This document shows, in pieces, positions 10,055 through 20,600 of a DNA stretch of 64,000 nucleotides; the first letter of the stretch is position 1; the number at the start of each line of letters is the position of its first letter. Origin of the DNA: a virus; IMG/VR virus record IMGVR_UViG_3300007511_000004, positions 1-64,000 of that record; one strand, 5' to 3'. Made by a program: the position numbers and the translations under genes. The notes beneath the pieces were generated by a model. It ran no database searches. It was not told the origin of the DNA and saw nothing but the letters and a program-made list of their open reading frames with translations.

Positions 10055-11239
10055 ATGACATTAGAAGCATTACCAGACCTTAGTTCCAAATTATATCAGA
10101 ATCAATCGATCGGATTGGTTCCTACAAACCCCACAGGTCTCCAGCAGGTGGATGGGGACTCGGGGGAACTCGATGATCTTAACTCGTCGATTATAAGGGC
10201 CGAGGGCTTACCTCGTATCGAAAACGCCGATCAGCCCACTACTAATTCTCAGGCTCGATCAAATAGTGGTGCAGAACTAAGAACCAATATGTCAATAGAA
10301 GGGCGGAACCTTTCATGTAATTCTGAAAGAGCTACTCAATACGGACAATCCACAGTCACTGAAACCGAAGCAGGTCATGTTATCACTCTTAATGACACAC
10401 TAGGATCAGAAAGAATACTGATCCGTCATTGCAATGGTACCGGGATCGAGCTTAGACCTGATGGCTCTATCTTCATCTCTAGTACAGATATCCATTTTGA
10501 TGTTGAAGGTGATATTAACCTCGGTCTGACCGGAAGTTTAAACCTCGATGCCCAAGGGGATTTAAATCTTAATGCCGGGGGAAAGGTAAACGTGTCTGCT
10601 ACTGGATATAGTAGCACTATCGATGGTAACGCAGATCATTATATCGGTGGCCAGAAGACTGAAACCATTCGTTCCAATGAACTTAAAACCGTTAGAGGAT
10701 ATACCGCTACGACACTCGTTGGCGCTGAAACCATAACTAATCTTGGCGGGCACGACCGGAATGTCAAGGGGGATTTAACTCTCAGAGTTGATGGCGATGG
10801 GGGATTATATGCGTCGGGACGTGTTGGAATTACCTCGGCGATTAAGGCCTTTATGTCGTCGCCGTCAACGGCAATTAATGGGGAACAGATTGAAATTATA
10901 GGTGCTACTGGTACGATTGGTGGTGAGGGGGTAGTGATGTACAATAGCAGCTCTATCAGTGCCAAATCAATCCAAGCCTTGACCGTTGAGACTAATGCGG
11001 TTCATGCGACACGGGTGAATGGTACCTTCTATGGGGATTTAAACGGGACTGCGACCCAAGCTGGAAGCCCTGGATCTGCATCAGATACAACAATCGACCT
11101 TAAAGAGACATTTGCTGCCACTTCAGCAACAACCCAAGCTAGATTAAAGACCCTAAATAATGGGATTAGGCAGGTTCAAATTGACCCAGGAAATTATATC
11201 AGAAATTCAATCGATAGATCTTATGCGACGGGTGGATAA
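10055..11239 (+). CDS. gp5 C-terminal spike (beta-helix) protein
   Basis: TETEAGHVITLNDTLGSERILIRHCNGTGIELRPDG followed by 8-residue VxG-type repeats. Confidence 0.75.
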   Translation: MTLEALPDLSSKLYQNQSIGLVPTNPTGLQQVDGDSGELDDLNSSIIRAEGLPRIENADQPTTNSQARSNSGAELRTNMSIEGRNLSCNSERATQYGQSTVTETEAGHVITLNDTLGSERILIRHCNGTGIELRPDGSIFISSTDIHFDVEGDINLGLTGSLNLDAQGDLNLNAGGKVNVSATGYSSTIDGNADHYIGGQKTETIRSNELKTVRGYTATTLVGAETITNLGGHDRNVKGDLTLRVDGDGGLYASGRVGITSAIKAFMSSPSTAINGEQIEIIGATGTIGGEGVVMYNSSSISAKSIQALTVETNAVHATRVNGTFYGDLNGTATQAGSPGSASDTTIDLKETFAATSATTQARLKTLNNGIRQVQIDPGNYIRNSIDRSYATGG

Positions 11240-11243
11240 TTAA

Positions 11244-12104
11244 ATGAGTACCAGAAATAAATTGAATGCTGGTGAGGTTAGCAGCAAATTAAGAAATAGT
11301 AATAATCGAGCTAATACTAAATTTCTACATAATCAAATTGGGGAAGGCACCCTAAACCCCAACTCTGTTACATCAGGCCCGCCAGATCTTCCGATTGTTC
11401 GCACCGGTGGTAGTAGGGGTATGACCGGAACCACACGACTGGGTACTGGTGCCAATGTAATTAAACCTTATATGCCTGTTCCGAGACTATCGACATTTAT
11501 CAAGAATGGTGAACATAATCCCGACACTTACTTGGATCACGGTCGAGCATTCACCGGAGGTCTGAACCTAACAAAGAATATTACCCTTGGGGCATATCTT
11601 AATGGAGCTACACAAAGGGTTAACCCGGCCGATGTCACGTTGGCCGATCAAGATAACCTATTGAAATACCTCTACGTTCAGGCCGAAATGTTGAAATCCG
11701 CAAGATCTCGACCTGAATTTCAGAAGTTTGATATCAAAGTGGAAGATGGTGTATATGTTTACGAAGACGTTGAAACTCGGACGACTGGAGATTTAGCTGA
11801 TTATGGTGCATATGGTAGAGCTATTTCATATAGTGTTAGGTATTTCAAACATGGCGGGGTCGATGCGCTTAAGACGTTCCAACTTGCTGAATACTGGGCT
11901 ACTTTACCCTGGTATGATAAGATTATTGTTGATTACAGTAACTTCGAAAATACTACTGCTCCGAAGATTAAGGTCTTCCTAGTACTTCCTGAATTAGATG
12001 ATGTCTATAATGGAACCTGGCAAAGAAAACAAGAAACTAGTTGGAATCTGCAAACCATGAGTGAGGCTCTTTTATTATTAGACCTCCAAGGTTATTACAC
12101 ATAA
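11244..12104 (+). CDS. Hypothetical baseplate-region protein
   Basis: 286-aa ORF co-oriented between the gp5 C-terminal gene and gp25. Confidence 0.5.
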   Translation: MSTRNKLNAGEVSSKLRNSNNRANTKFLHNQIGEGTLNPNSVTSGPPDLPIVRTGGSRGMTGTTRLGTGANVIKPYMPVPRLSTFIKNGEHNPDTYLDHGRAFTGGLNLTKNITLGAYLNGATQRVNPADVTLADQDNLLKYLYVQAEMLKSARSRPEFQKFDIKVEDGVYVYEDVETRTTGDLADYGAYGRAISYSVRYFKHGGVDALKTFQLAEYWATLPWYDKIIVDYSNFENTTAPKIKVFLVLPELDDVYNGTWQRKQETSWNLQTMSEALLLLDLQGYYT

Positions 12105-12148
12105 ATAATAAAAAGGGGATTTACAAACCAAGTAAAACCCGGTATAAT
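12100..12148 (+). promoter_or_regulatory. Late promoter (CATAAATA) plus sigma70-type promoter upstream of gp25
   Basis: CATAAATA 12100-12107; TTTACA 12120-12125, 17-bp spacer, TATAAT 12143-12148. Confidence 0.7.
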
Positions 12149-12179
12149 ATTAAAGAGCCTTTTGGGCGGGATAGAATAC

Positions 12180-12620
12180 ATGGCAAGAGCATTCGCAATA
12201 GAAGATGGATCTTTAACGACCAGTAAGATTGTTGCTAGTACCACTCGACAATATAAGGATATTGACCTTTTATTCCATGTTAATAATGTGGGAAATATCT
12301 ATAAGAAGGTTGATGCTGCAGCTGTTAAACAATCTGTTAAGAATATCATCACGACAGAGTTCGGAGAGAAACCATTTAATCCTGATTTCGGGGCTGGTCT
12401 ATCGACTGAATTGTTTGAGCTCTTTACACCTAATAGTGTATATGACCTAGACTTGAAGATCAGATCTGCGATCAATATCTGGGAGCCCAGAGCTAAGGTA
12501 GAAGATATTCGAATAAGGGAACTTACCGAACAGAATGCTTTATATATTACATTACGATTTAAAGTAGTAAATGTTGAAGAACTAGTTACTTTAAATGTCA
12601 CACTTTCAAGGTTAAGATAA
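12180..12620 (+). CDS. gp25: Baseplate wedge subunit
   Basis: YKDIDL.F, AVKQSVKNII.T..GEKPFNPDFG..L...LFE, WEPR. Likely start is the ATG at 12180. Confidence 0.92.
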   Translation: MARAFAIEDGSLTTSKIVASTTRQYKDIDLLFHVNNVGNIYKKVDAAAVKQSVKNIITTEFGEKPFNPDFGAGLSTELFELFTPNSVYDLDLKIRSAINIWEPRAKVEDIRIRELTEQNALYITLRFKVVNVEELVTLNVTLSRLR

Positions 12621-12621
12621 T

Positions 12622-14457
12622 ATGGCAACTACAATAGAATCGTCTAAATTAGACTTCAATAATATCAAGAGTAAGCTAAAGACCTATCTCAGTCAAGTTG
12701 ATGAATTCTCAGATTACGATTTCGAGGGATCCGGTCTTTCGAATATTCTTGATGTGCTGGCATATAATACCCATTTCAATTCTCTTATAGCTAATATGGC
12801 TATTAATGAGTCATTTCTCGAGACGGCACAACTACGTCCTAGCGTTCTGACCCATTCACAGTCGATTGGATATTATCCACGATCAAGAACTGCTGCTAAG
12901 GCACAAATTCGTCTGTCGGCTGATCTATCCTCATATGTGGGATCTCGCCCAGAAGTACTTACAATAGCACCAGGTAAAACGTTTACTGTAACTATTGATG
13001 GTACCGGCTATACATTTTCCACTAGAGAAACGTTATCAGCGACAGATGACGGCAACGGCGCTTATAAATTCCAGACCTCGGCCGGATCAGAAGAATTTTA
13101 TATCTATGAGGGTAGCACAAAGACTAAGACCTTCCTAGTACCCGATTCCGCTGATTCTCAGCTCTATGTTATACCCGATAAAAATGCAGATACGAGCACC
13201 TTCGATGTGCGGGTCTTCGGAAGTACCAGTACTACTGATTACGACACCTATAGCAATATCAGAGACGCCATTTCAATCAATACCGAATCGCGGAACTATA
13301 TTCTAAAAGAAAGCCCAAATGGCTACTATGAATTAGAATTCGGTAATGGTACTAATTTCGGGAATAAACCGAAACCCGGATATAAGATTACTGTTAGTTA
13401 TCTCTCTTCAAGTGGGGCAGATGCCAATGATGGCAAGGTATTCTCACCAAGTGCAGGTATTACTACAGGTGGCCAAACGTTCACTCTTACTAGCACTACA
13501 GTTACTAAATCAACCGCTGGTGCTGAAAAAGAGACAATCTCAGAGATTAGATCTAATGCGCCACTTACGTATGCAACTCAAAAACGAATGGTTACCGCCG
13601 AGGATTATAACACCCTAATTGCTGCCAACTATCCAACTGTCTCAGATATTACTTCATGGGGTGGTCAGGATAATATCCCGATAGATTATGGTGCAGTGTA
13701 CATATCATTAAAATTTCCCGAGAGTACAGACGCAGCAACCATTACAGCAACTAAGAGTGACATAAGTAAAAATCTAGTTGAGCCACTCTCGACTATTTCA
13801 ATTACTCCGAAATTTATTGATCCTGTAGTAACTTATTTGACCATTACAACTACATTTGATTATAACCCAACCCTTTCAGGCGTCACTCTCCATACTATGG
13901 AAAATAACGTATCCACCGCTATTTCGACATACTTTACAGCGAATCTAGACAAATTCAAAAAAGAATATCGTAGATCGAATCTGCTATCTGTTCTGGATGA
14001 AGTTAGCCCCGCCGTACTATCGACAAAAATCGAAGCGAAGATGTCTCAGCGGTTTACTCCCAAATTGAATACGAATCGAAACTATGACGTCAATTTTCCA
14101 TCACCTATAGCTGCCACGGATGATGAAAACTATATTATCACTTCATCGAGATTTATCTATAATGGGAATATCTGTACTATTCGGAATAAATTAGAGACTT
14201 ATAATTTAGAACTTGTTACTACTGCGGGAGAAGTCATACTAAATAATATTGGCACCTTTACCCCAGGTAACGGCACGGTATCCATTGTGAGTTTGAATCC
14301 CACATCAATCGTAGGTAATTTGAGCTACATTACTATTACTGCAGCTCCTGCTAACCAAGGTGCAATTAAACCTCTTAGAAATTATATCCTTTCACTTGAT
14401 CCTAATTCGACTACTAGGGGTATCATAGATTATCAAACCACTAGAGTGACTCTGTAA
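12622..14457 (+). CDS. gp6: Baseplate wedge subunit
   Basis: LDFNNIKSKLK.YL..EFSDYDFEGSGLSNILDVLAYNTH, ESFLETAQLR, RMVTAEDY. Confidence 0.95.
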   Translation: MATTIESSKLDFNNIKSKLKTYLSQVDEFSDYDFEGSGLSNILDVLAYNTHFNSLIANMAINESFLETAQLRPSVLTHSQSIGYYPRSRTAAKAQIRLSADLSSYVGSRPEVLTIAPGKTFTVTIDGTGYTFSTRETLSATDDGNGAYKFQTSAGSEEFYIYEGSTKTKTFLVPDSADSQLYVIPDKNADTSTFDVRVFGSTSTTDYDTYSNIRDAISINTESRNYILKESPNGYYELEFGNGTNFGNKPKPGYKITVSYLSSSGADANDGKVFSPSAGITTGGQTFTLTSTTVTKSTAGAEKETISEIRSNAPLTYATQKRMVTAEDYNTLIAANYPTVSDITSWGGQDNIPIDYGAVYISLKFPESTDAATITATKSDISKNLVEPLSTISITPKFIDPVVTYLTITTTFDYNPTLSGVTLHTMENNVSTAISTYFTANLDKFKKEYRRSNLLSVLDEVSPAVLSTKIEAKMSQRFTPKLNTNRNYDVNFPSPIAATDDENYIITSSRFIYNGNICTIRNKLETYNLELVTTAGEVILNNIGTFTPGNGTVSIVSLNPTSIVGNLSYITITAAPANQGAIKPLRNYILSLDPNSTTRGIIDYQTTRVTL

Positions 14458-15401
14458 TGTCAACAAGAACCCTATTCGAAAAAAATCGAAGACTCCCCAA
14501 TCTTCGAAAATCTAAAATTACGGAAGTTCTTCCAGGACATTATCCTGAGAGCTATCCTAATCTGGTAAAGTTCCTAGATGAATATTATGAATCAATGGAT
14601 CAACCGGGTGAAGTTACGGATACTCTGGAATATGGGTTATTTGCATTAAGAGACCTAGATGAGATAGAACTCGAATACATTGATCATTTATTCTATGAGA
14701 TTGGTAATGGTGCTGCAGCCGATTATTTTAAACATCCTAGGTTCGCCGGGAAACTTCTTACCCTTCTAATTCGGAATAAGGGTAATCTATTTTCGACCCA
14801 GCTGTTCTTCAGATTATTTTTCGACGAGGAACCAGAGGTCACCTATCCTAAGAATAACATTTTACATGTATTCAGCGGCGATAGTGACAAACAGGGTGAG
14901 GCTACTATCGGACCCGAAAGCCTCCGATACACGCAGGATGGCGCGAGATATCAACTACTATCGGTCCTTATTAAATCAGGTCAAAGCTTTGATAAGTGGT
15001 CGGAGCTTTATAAGAGATTCGTCCATCCGGCAGGATTCTATCTTTCTTCTGCAGTGGGTACAGAGTCTCTTGCTACAATGGACTTTGAGGCCAAATCGGC
15101 AATTAACGAACTTCCGACTGAAATCTCATTTGAACTTCCGGCATATATGGACTTCGGTACCCCTTATCCGGAAACTACACTACTTACAGATTCAGACGGT
15201 ACAACGTTTATCACTAACGCAGCGAAAACAATTGAGAGATATCAGGATCTGGCAATGAATGTCGTCGATTCTGCATACGATAATATCTTCCATGCGGTAC
15301 GACTAAATACATTTACACTGGATGATTCGGATGCCACTGGTCCAAGTGTTGATGGTACCTATGAAACAATTGATACGGATAAATATGATTCCACGTGGTA
15401 A
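14457..15401 (+). CDS. Baseplate wedge initiator (short gp7-like)
   Basis: YPNLVKFLDEYYESM, NKG..STQLFFRLFFDEEPEVTYPK, FVHPAGF. Confidence 0.7.
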   Translation: MSTRTLFEKNRRLPNLRKSKITEVLPGHYPESYPNLVKFLDEYYESMDQPGEVTDTLEYGLFALRDLDEIELEYIDHLFYEIGNGAAADYFKHPRFAGKLLTLLIRNKGNLFSTQLFFRLFFDEEPEVTYPKNNILHVFSGDSDKQGEATIGPESLRYTQDGARYQLLSVLIKSGQSFDKWSELYKRFVHPAGFYLSSAVGTESLATMDFEAKSAINELPTEISFELPAYMDFGTPYPETTLLTDSDGTTFITNAAKTIERYQDLAMNVVDSAYDNIFHAVRLNTFTLDDSDATGPSVDGTYETIDTDKYDSTW

Positions 15402-15417
15402 AGGGGTCATAAATTTA

Positions 15418-15425
15418 CATAAATA
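15418..15425 (+). promoter_or_regulatory. T4-type late promoter
   Basis: CATAAATA in the intergenic gap about 30 nt upstream of the gp9-like gene. Confidence 0.65.
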
Positions 15426-15453
15426 AAGTAAACATATTACAATTGGATGAGAA

Positions 15454-16236
15454 ATGACTAGAGAAAATCTTGCATTAGGATCTTCAGCTAACGATGGTAC
15501 AGGTGATACGTTACGAGCTGCTGGTACTAAGATCAACAACAACTTCGTAGAATTGTATCGAGCGTTCGGCATCGATAGCGATAACCTTTCGCTGAATGTT
15601 ACTCTTGACAGTGATCATGTAGTCTTTGCCGGTGCTAGTTATTCAACTTCGCTGGGTATTACCGCTCCAACTGCTAATCGATCTGTGGATCTTCCTGATG
15701 CTGCAGGTACAGTGGTACTTGATACCGCTACACAGACCCTTACGAATAAGACCCTTAAGTTACCTTCGATCAATGATTCCAATAATAATGAATTGATCAA
15801 GTTCACTACTACATCCTCGGCTATTAATGAATTCACGATCGCAAATGCTGCCTCCGGTGGTAAACCCACACTAACATCAACTGGTGGGGGTACCAATATT
15901 ACCATGAAACTAGCTGGTAAAGGCACCGGCTCTGTGGAAGTTGCCAAAGCCGCTTATTCCGCGGTAACTATTACAAGCAATGGTACTGCCTCTGAAATCG
16001 CATCATATATTATCTGTAATAAAGCTTCAGCATTAGCAGTTGTTCTTTCAGATGGTACAACAGATGGTGAATATAAAATCTTTACTAATAAAGGTGGTGG
16101 GACTGCAACAGTTACCCCAGATAATTTCTCTGCAGGCACCTCCTTCGCTCTACCTCAACATACAGGTGCTCAAACAATCTGGGACGGCACAAACTGGTAT
16201 TTAATCGGCGCGGATAGTGACGTAACCGTAAGCTAA
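15454..16236 (+). CDS. Baseplate wedge tail-fibre connector (gp9/gp10-like N-terminus)
   Basis: LGSSANDGTGDTLRAAGTKINNNFVELY motif. Confidence 0.75.
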   Translation: MTRENLALGSSANDGTGDTLRAAGTKINNNFVELYRAFGIDSDNLSLNVTLDSDHVVFAGASYSTSLGITAPTANRSVDLPDAAGTVVLDTATQTLTNKTLKLPSINDSNNNELIKFTTTSSAINEFTIANAASGGKPTLTSTGGGTNITMKLAGKGTGSVEVAKAAYSAVTITSNGTASEIASYIICNKASALAVVLSDGTTDGEYKIFTNKGGGTATVTPDNFSAGTSFALPQHTGAQTIWDGTNWYLIGADSDVTVS

Positions 16237-16248
16237 TAGGAATTAACA

Positions 16249-17589
16249 ATGGCAGCAATCCTCACAGATTCACTTAAAAGACAAATTCTGGATGGAGTCC
16301 TTACCTCAATTGGGACTGATTCGGATACATATTATATTGCAATTGGCCGATCGGAGCAGTGGAATGATTCGGATATCGCATCTGATCCCCAGAATCATGT
16401 TCACGATGAAAGAGATTTCCGCCTCAGTATGCAGTCTGTTAAATCTGCAGAAGACGTTTCATACGTGGCACCTAGAAATAATTGGACGGCGGGAGCGGTT
16501 TATACCGCTTATGACGATAAAGTGGTTGGCCATCCAGCCCAACCTTACTTTGTAATTACTGACGAACATAACGTATATCTTTGCATCCAACGAGGTTTGA
16601 ATACCGATGGTACCCAAAAGACTTCGCTAGTTAAACCTACTGGAACTGGTACTTCTCTCATTTCTACCGGAGATGGATATATCTGGAAATATATGTATTC
16701 AGTCTCGAGTGCATCCGCCCAGAAATACCTTTCTTCGAGCTATATGCCAGTACAGCAGACCGATTCAGATGCAGCCGTTGCAACACCCACAATTGATGGA
16801 TTACAATGGGCTGTACAAGGTGCAGCAATTGGCGGCGAGATTACTCAGATCGCAATTACTGATGGTGGTAGCGGATATGTATCTGCACCAACGGTCTCTA
16901 TTGAAGGAGATGGTTCCTCTGCGGCCGGTACGGCATACGTATCAGGTGGGCAAGTTAAAAAGGTCGAAATGACTAATAGAGGGTCAGGATATCAGTTTGC
17001 TAAAATCTCCTTTACTGGAGGTAGTGGCAGTGGAGCAAGCGCTCGTGCAGTTATCCCATCCAATAAAGAAGGTTTGGGTGATAATCCCATTTTGGACTTT
17101 AGAGCAAAAGCCGTACTTCTCAATACCAAACCCGATGGGCTAGAGGCTGGCGATTTCATTTTGAACGATTATCGCCAAATCGCGATCCTTAAGAATCCAA
17201 CTACCTATACTCACGATAGCGATTTTTATACGGGTACTTCGGCTTCAGCTCTTAAAACCATTCGTTTAACCCTAACCGGCGACGCGTCTTCATTCAGTAA
17301 CGATGATATCATCACAGGTAGCACGAGCGCAAGTCAAGCTATTCTTGATTACATTGATTCCGATACTCTATTCTTCCACCAGACCGATACAACAGGTTAT
17401 GGTAGCTTTACTACTGATATCGGTGGGGCAATCACTTCTAATAACGGTGGATCTGGAACTGTTCAAAGCCTTATAGATAGTTCAGATATTAATCCATTCT
17501 CTGGGGATATCCTATATATTGAGAATCGGGCAGCAATTACCAGAACCGAAACACAAACTGAGGATCTAAAGGTAATCATCCAACTTTAA
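16249..17589 (+). CDS. gp8: Baseplate wedge subunit
   Basis: PRNNWTAGAVY, YFVITDEHNVYLCI, GDGYIWKYMY, YRQIAILKNP, SGDILYIENR..TEDLKVIIQL. Confidence 0.9.
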   Translation: MAAILTDSLKRQILDGVLTSIGTDSDTYYIAIGRSEQWNDSDIASDPQNHVHDERDFRLSMQSVKSAEDVSYVAPRNNWTAGAVYTAYDDKVVGHPAQPYFVITDEHNVYLCIQRGLNTDGTQKTSLVKPTGTGTSLISTGDGYIWKYMYSVSSASAQKYLSSSYMPVQQTDSDAAVATPTIDGLQWAVQGAAIGGEITQIAITDGGSGYVSAPTVSIEGDGSSAAGTAYVSGGQVKKVEMTNRGSGYQFAKISFTGGSGSGASARAVIPSNKEGLGDNPILDFRAKAVLLNTKPDGLEAGDFILNDYRQIAILKNPTTYTHDSDFYTGTSASALKTIRLTLTGDASSFSNDDIITGSTSASQAILDYIDSDTLFFHQTDTTGYGSFTTDIGGAITSNNGGSGTVQSLIDSSDINPFSGDILYIENRAAITRTETQTEDLKVIIQL

Positions 17590-17601
17590 GGTTAAGGAAA
17601 T

Positions 17602-20600
17602 ATGGCAACAACACTAGTTCAAAATACATTTGCAAATACCTATAAGGATGATTATAGTGACAGCGATCATTATCATCGTATCTTATTTAATGGGGGTAAA
17701 GCTCTACAAGCTAGAGAACTGACTCAGTCGCAAACTATTATCCAAAAAGAAATCGAGAGACTTGGCAACAACCTCTTTAAAGACGGTGGCGCAGTTAATC
17801 CTGTTCAGAACGTCTTAGTAGATACTAACTATTCATTCGTTAAGCTGCAGGATGAGACTAGCCTTAGCTCGAGTCTCGTTGGCACCACTTTTACTGCGAC
17901 TTCCGGAGTAAAGGGTAAGGTTCTTCGGGTAATCTCCGCAGAAGACTCAGACCCAGCAACTCTATATGTCCAGTATATTTACGGTTCAGGCGTTTCAGCG
18001 CACAGCACATTCCAAGCCGGTGAAAATATTTCAAACGGCAGCGAGAGCTTCACAGTTCAGACAACTAACACTACGGCTAATCCAGCTGTTGGTAATGGTA
18101 CTAAAGCGAATGTTGACGCTGGTGATTTCTTTGCAGTAGGCCACTTCGTTCACGCCTCGGCACAAGAGGTTGTTCTAAGCAAATATTCCACTACTCCAAC
18201 AGAAGTTCTAGGCTTCATTGTTAACGAAGAGATCGTAACCGAAGCTGATGATACCGGATTATATGATAATCAATCCGGCAACCCTAATCTTACGGCGCCC
18301 GGTGCACACAGATATAGAATTAGATTAACTCTTAGCAAACAGTCTGATGCCGCTGCAACGGATACTTTCATTTTTGTCTGTAATATCATCAATGGCTCAG
18401 TAGAGCAGATTAATACCGGCCGTGATGATTACAATAAGATTTTAGATCTTATGGCAGAAAGAACTCGTGAAGAATCTGGAAGCTACGTTGTAAAACCCTT
18501 TACTGCGTTCTTTGAAGCAGACTCTGATGACGGATTCCTCAAACTGAATATTGCCGATGGTATTGGTTATATTAATGGTTATAGAGCGGCTCCAGGGCCT
18601 CAAAAGATTCGAGTATCGAAACCTACTACAACCCTTGCATTCAACAATGAAGCGGTTGCTGCGAATTACGGTAACTTTATTAACGTCTCTTCAATTAAGG
18701 GTCTACCTAATATTGGTACCTACGAAGTATGGAATTTAAAAGATAATGCTACCTATGCAAGTGGTAACACTATTGGTACTGCAAGAATCAGAGCCGTAGA
18801 AGAAAGTGGTGGAAATCATAGGTTCCACATCTTCGATCTTAAGATGCACACTGGAAAGAACTTCCGCGATGTAAGGTCTATCGGAACTAGCTCTACCCGA
18901 AGGGGGATATTGGTACTAGAGAATGGTGTTGCAGTAATCAAAGAGGCAAATAATAATAACGCGTTCTTTGCATTATCTAAATCTAGACCATCATCCATCG
19001 GTAATGATCATACCTATAACGTTCTTCGTTATGCAACAGGATCGGTTAGCTCTAATCAGACAACTATCTCCAATGCAGGCGCTTCAGAGGCTTGGTCAAG
19101 TACAGATGATTGGATCATTACTCGTGGTGATACCGGTGCGATAGTTACCCCAACATCCGTTACTATTTCTGAGCCGAATGCCACCATCAACACATCTGGT
19201 ATTTCCGATGCTACAACCCTGACGGTTATAGCGATCTGCCAAAAAGGTGCAGGATCACCAGTTCCTTATAAGACCAAAACTCTTACAGAAACTACTGCTA
19301 CTGCCAGTGTTACTACAGACTCTGATGGATCATATATTGATCTAGGTAAAGCGGATGTTTGGTCGGTCTCAAGAGTTAGAACTGTTGATTCCGATGGTAC
19401 TGACGTATCATCTCGCTTCTATGTAGATAATGGTCAAAGAGATAACTTTTACGATCACGGTCGAATGGTACTAGCACCAGGACAATCAGACCCCGGTGGT
19501 AACGTATTCGTACGCTTTAAATACTTTGCACATTCTGGTTCGGGTGACTTCTTTACAGTTAATTCGTATCCAGTTGGCACGGGGACAAATCAGATTACAT
19601 ATGCTCAGATCCCATCGTATCGTCAAAACGACGGTCAGACGATTGATCTTCGCGATGTACTGGACTTTAGACCTACTATCAATAATGCTGGCACAGGATA
19701 TAGTGGCACAGGAGCAATTGTAGCGGATCTTCCTAAGAATACCGACTTGATCACAATTGATCCCACTTACTATATTCCTAGAAAAGATAAATTGACTATC
19801 GAGGAAACTGGGACATTTAGATATGTCCAGGGAACATCAGACTTTGACCCTAAACTCCCACAGACCCCTGGCAATGCATTAGAACTTTATCACTTCTCAT
19901 TGAATGCAAACACGCTTGATAAGCAGGATCTAACCTCTAGATATATCGATAACCGTCGTTATACAATGAGAGATGTTGCAAAGCTTCATGATAAGATTAA
20001 TAAAGTTGAAGAACTAGCTACCCTGAGTCTACTGGACATCTCGGCCTCAACTCTTGAAGTACTAGACTCAAATGGCTTATCCAGAACTAAAGCTGGTTTC
20101 CTAACCGATGACTTTAAGGATCACCGTGCAGCTAACGTTGATGATCTGGAATATCGCGCATCCATTGATCCAACTATGGGTATCCTAAGACCTTCTTATA
20201 GAGAGAAGAACGTCGGCTTAGTATTCGATTCTGCTGATGGATCCGTATCTAATACAATCCTAATCGGCGACGATGTGATGCTTAATTATAGTGAAACCCT
20301 TCTGCTAGAGCAGACCCAGGCTTCTCGATTCCATAATGTTAACCCATATACCGTTATCAACTATAATGGTACACTTACAATATCGCCTAGTTCGGATGAG
20401 TCAAGAGACACAAGTACGATTTCACTCCGCACTAATGGTCAAAATGAAGTTAGCATTGAGACCTTCCTGAATAACGTATTAGGTGAACAAGATACTCAAA
20501 ACGTCCTTACTACCATTTCTAATAATCCTGAATTCGGTGGTCGGGAAGAGTTCATCCGTAATAACATCTCCCTACAAAGTGCGAATAACTTCACCTCACA

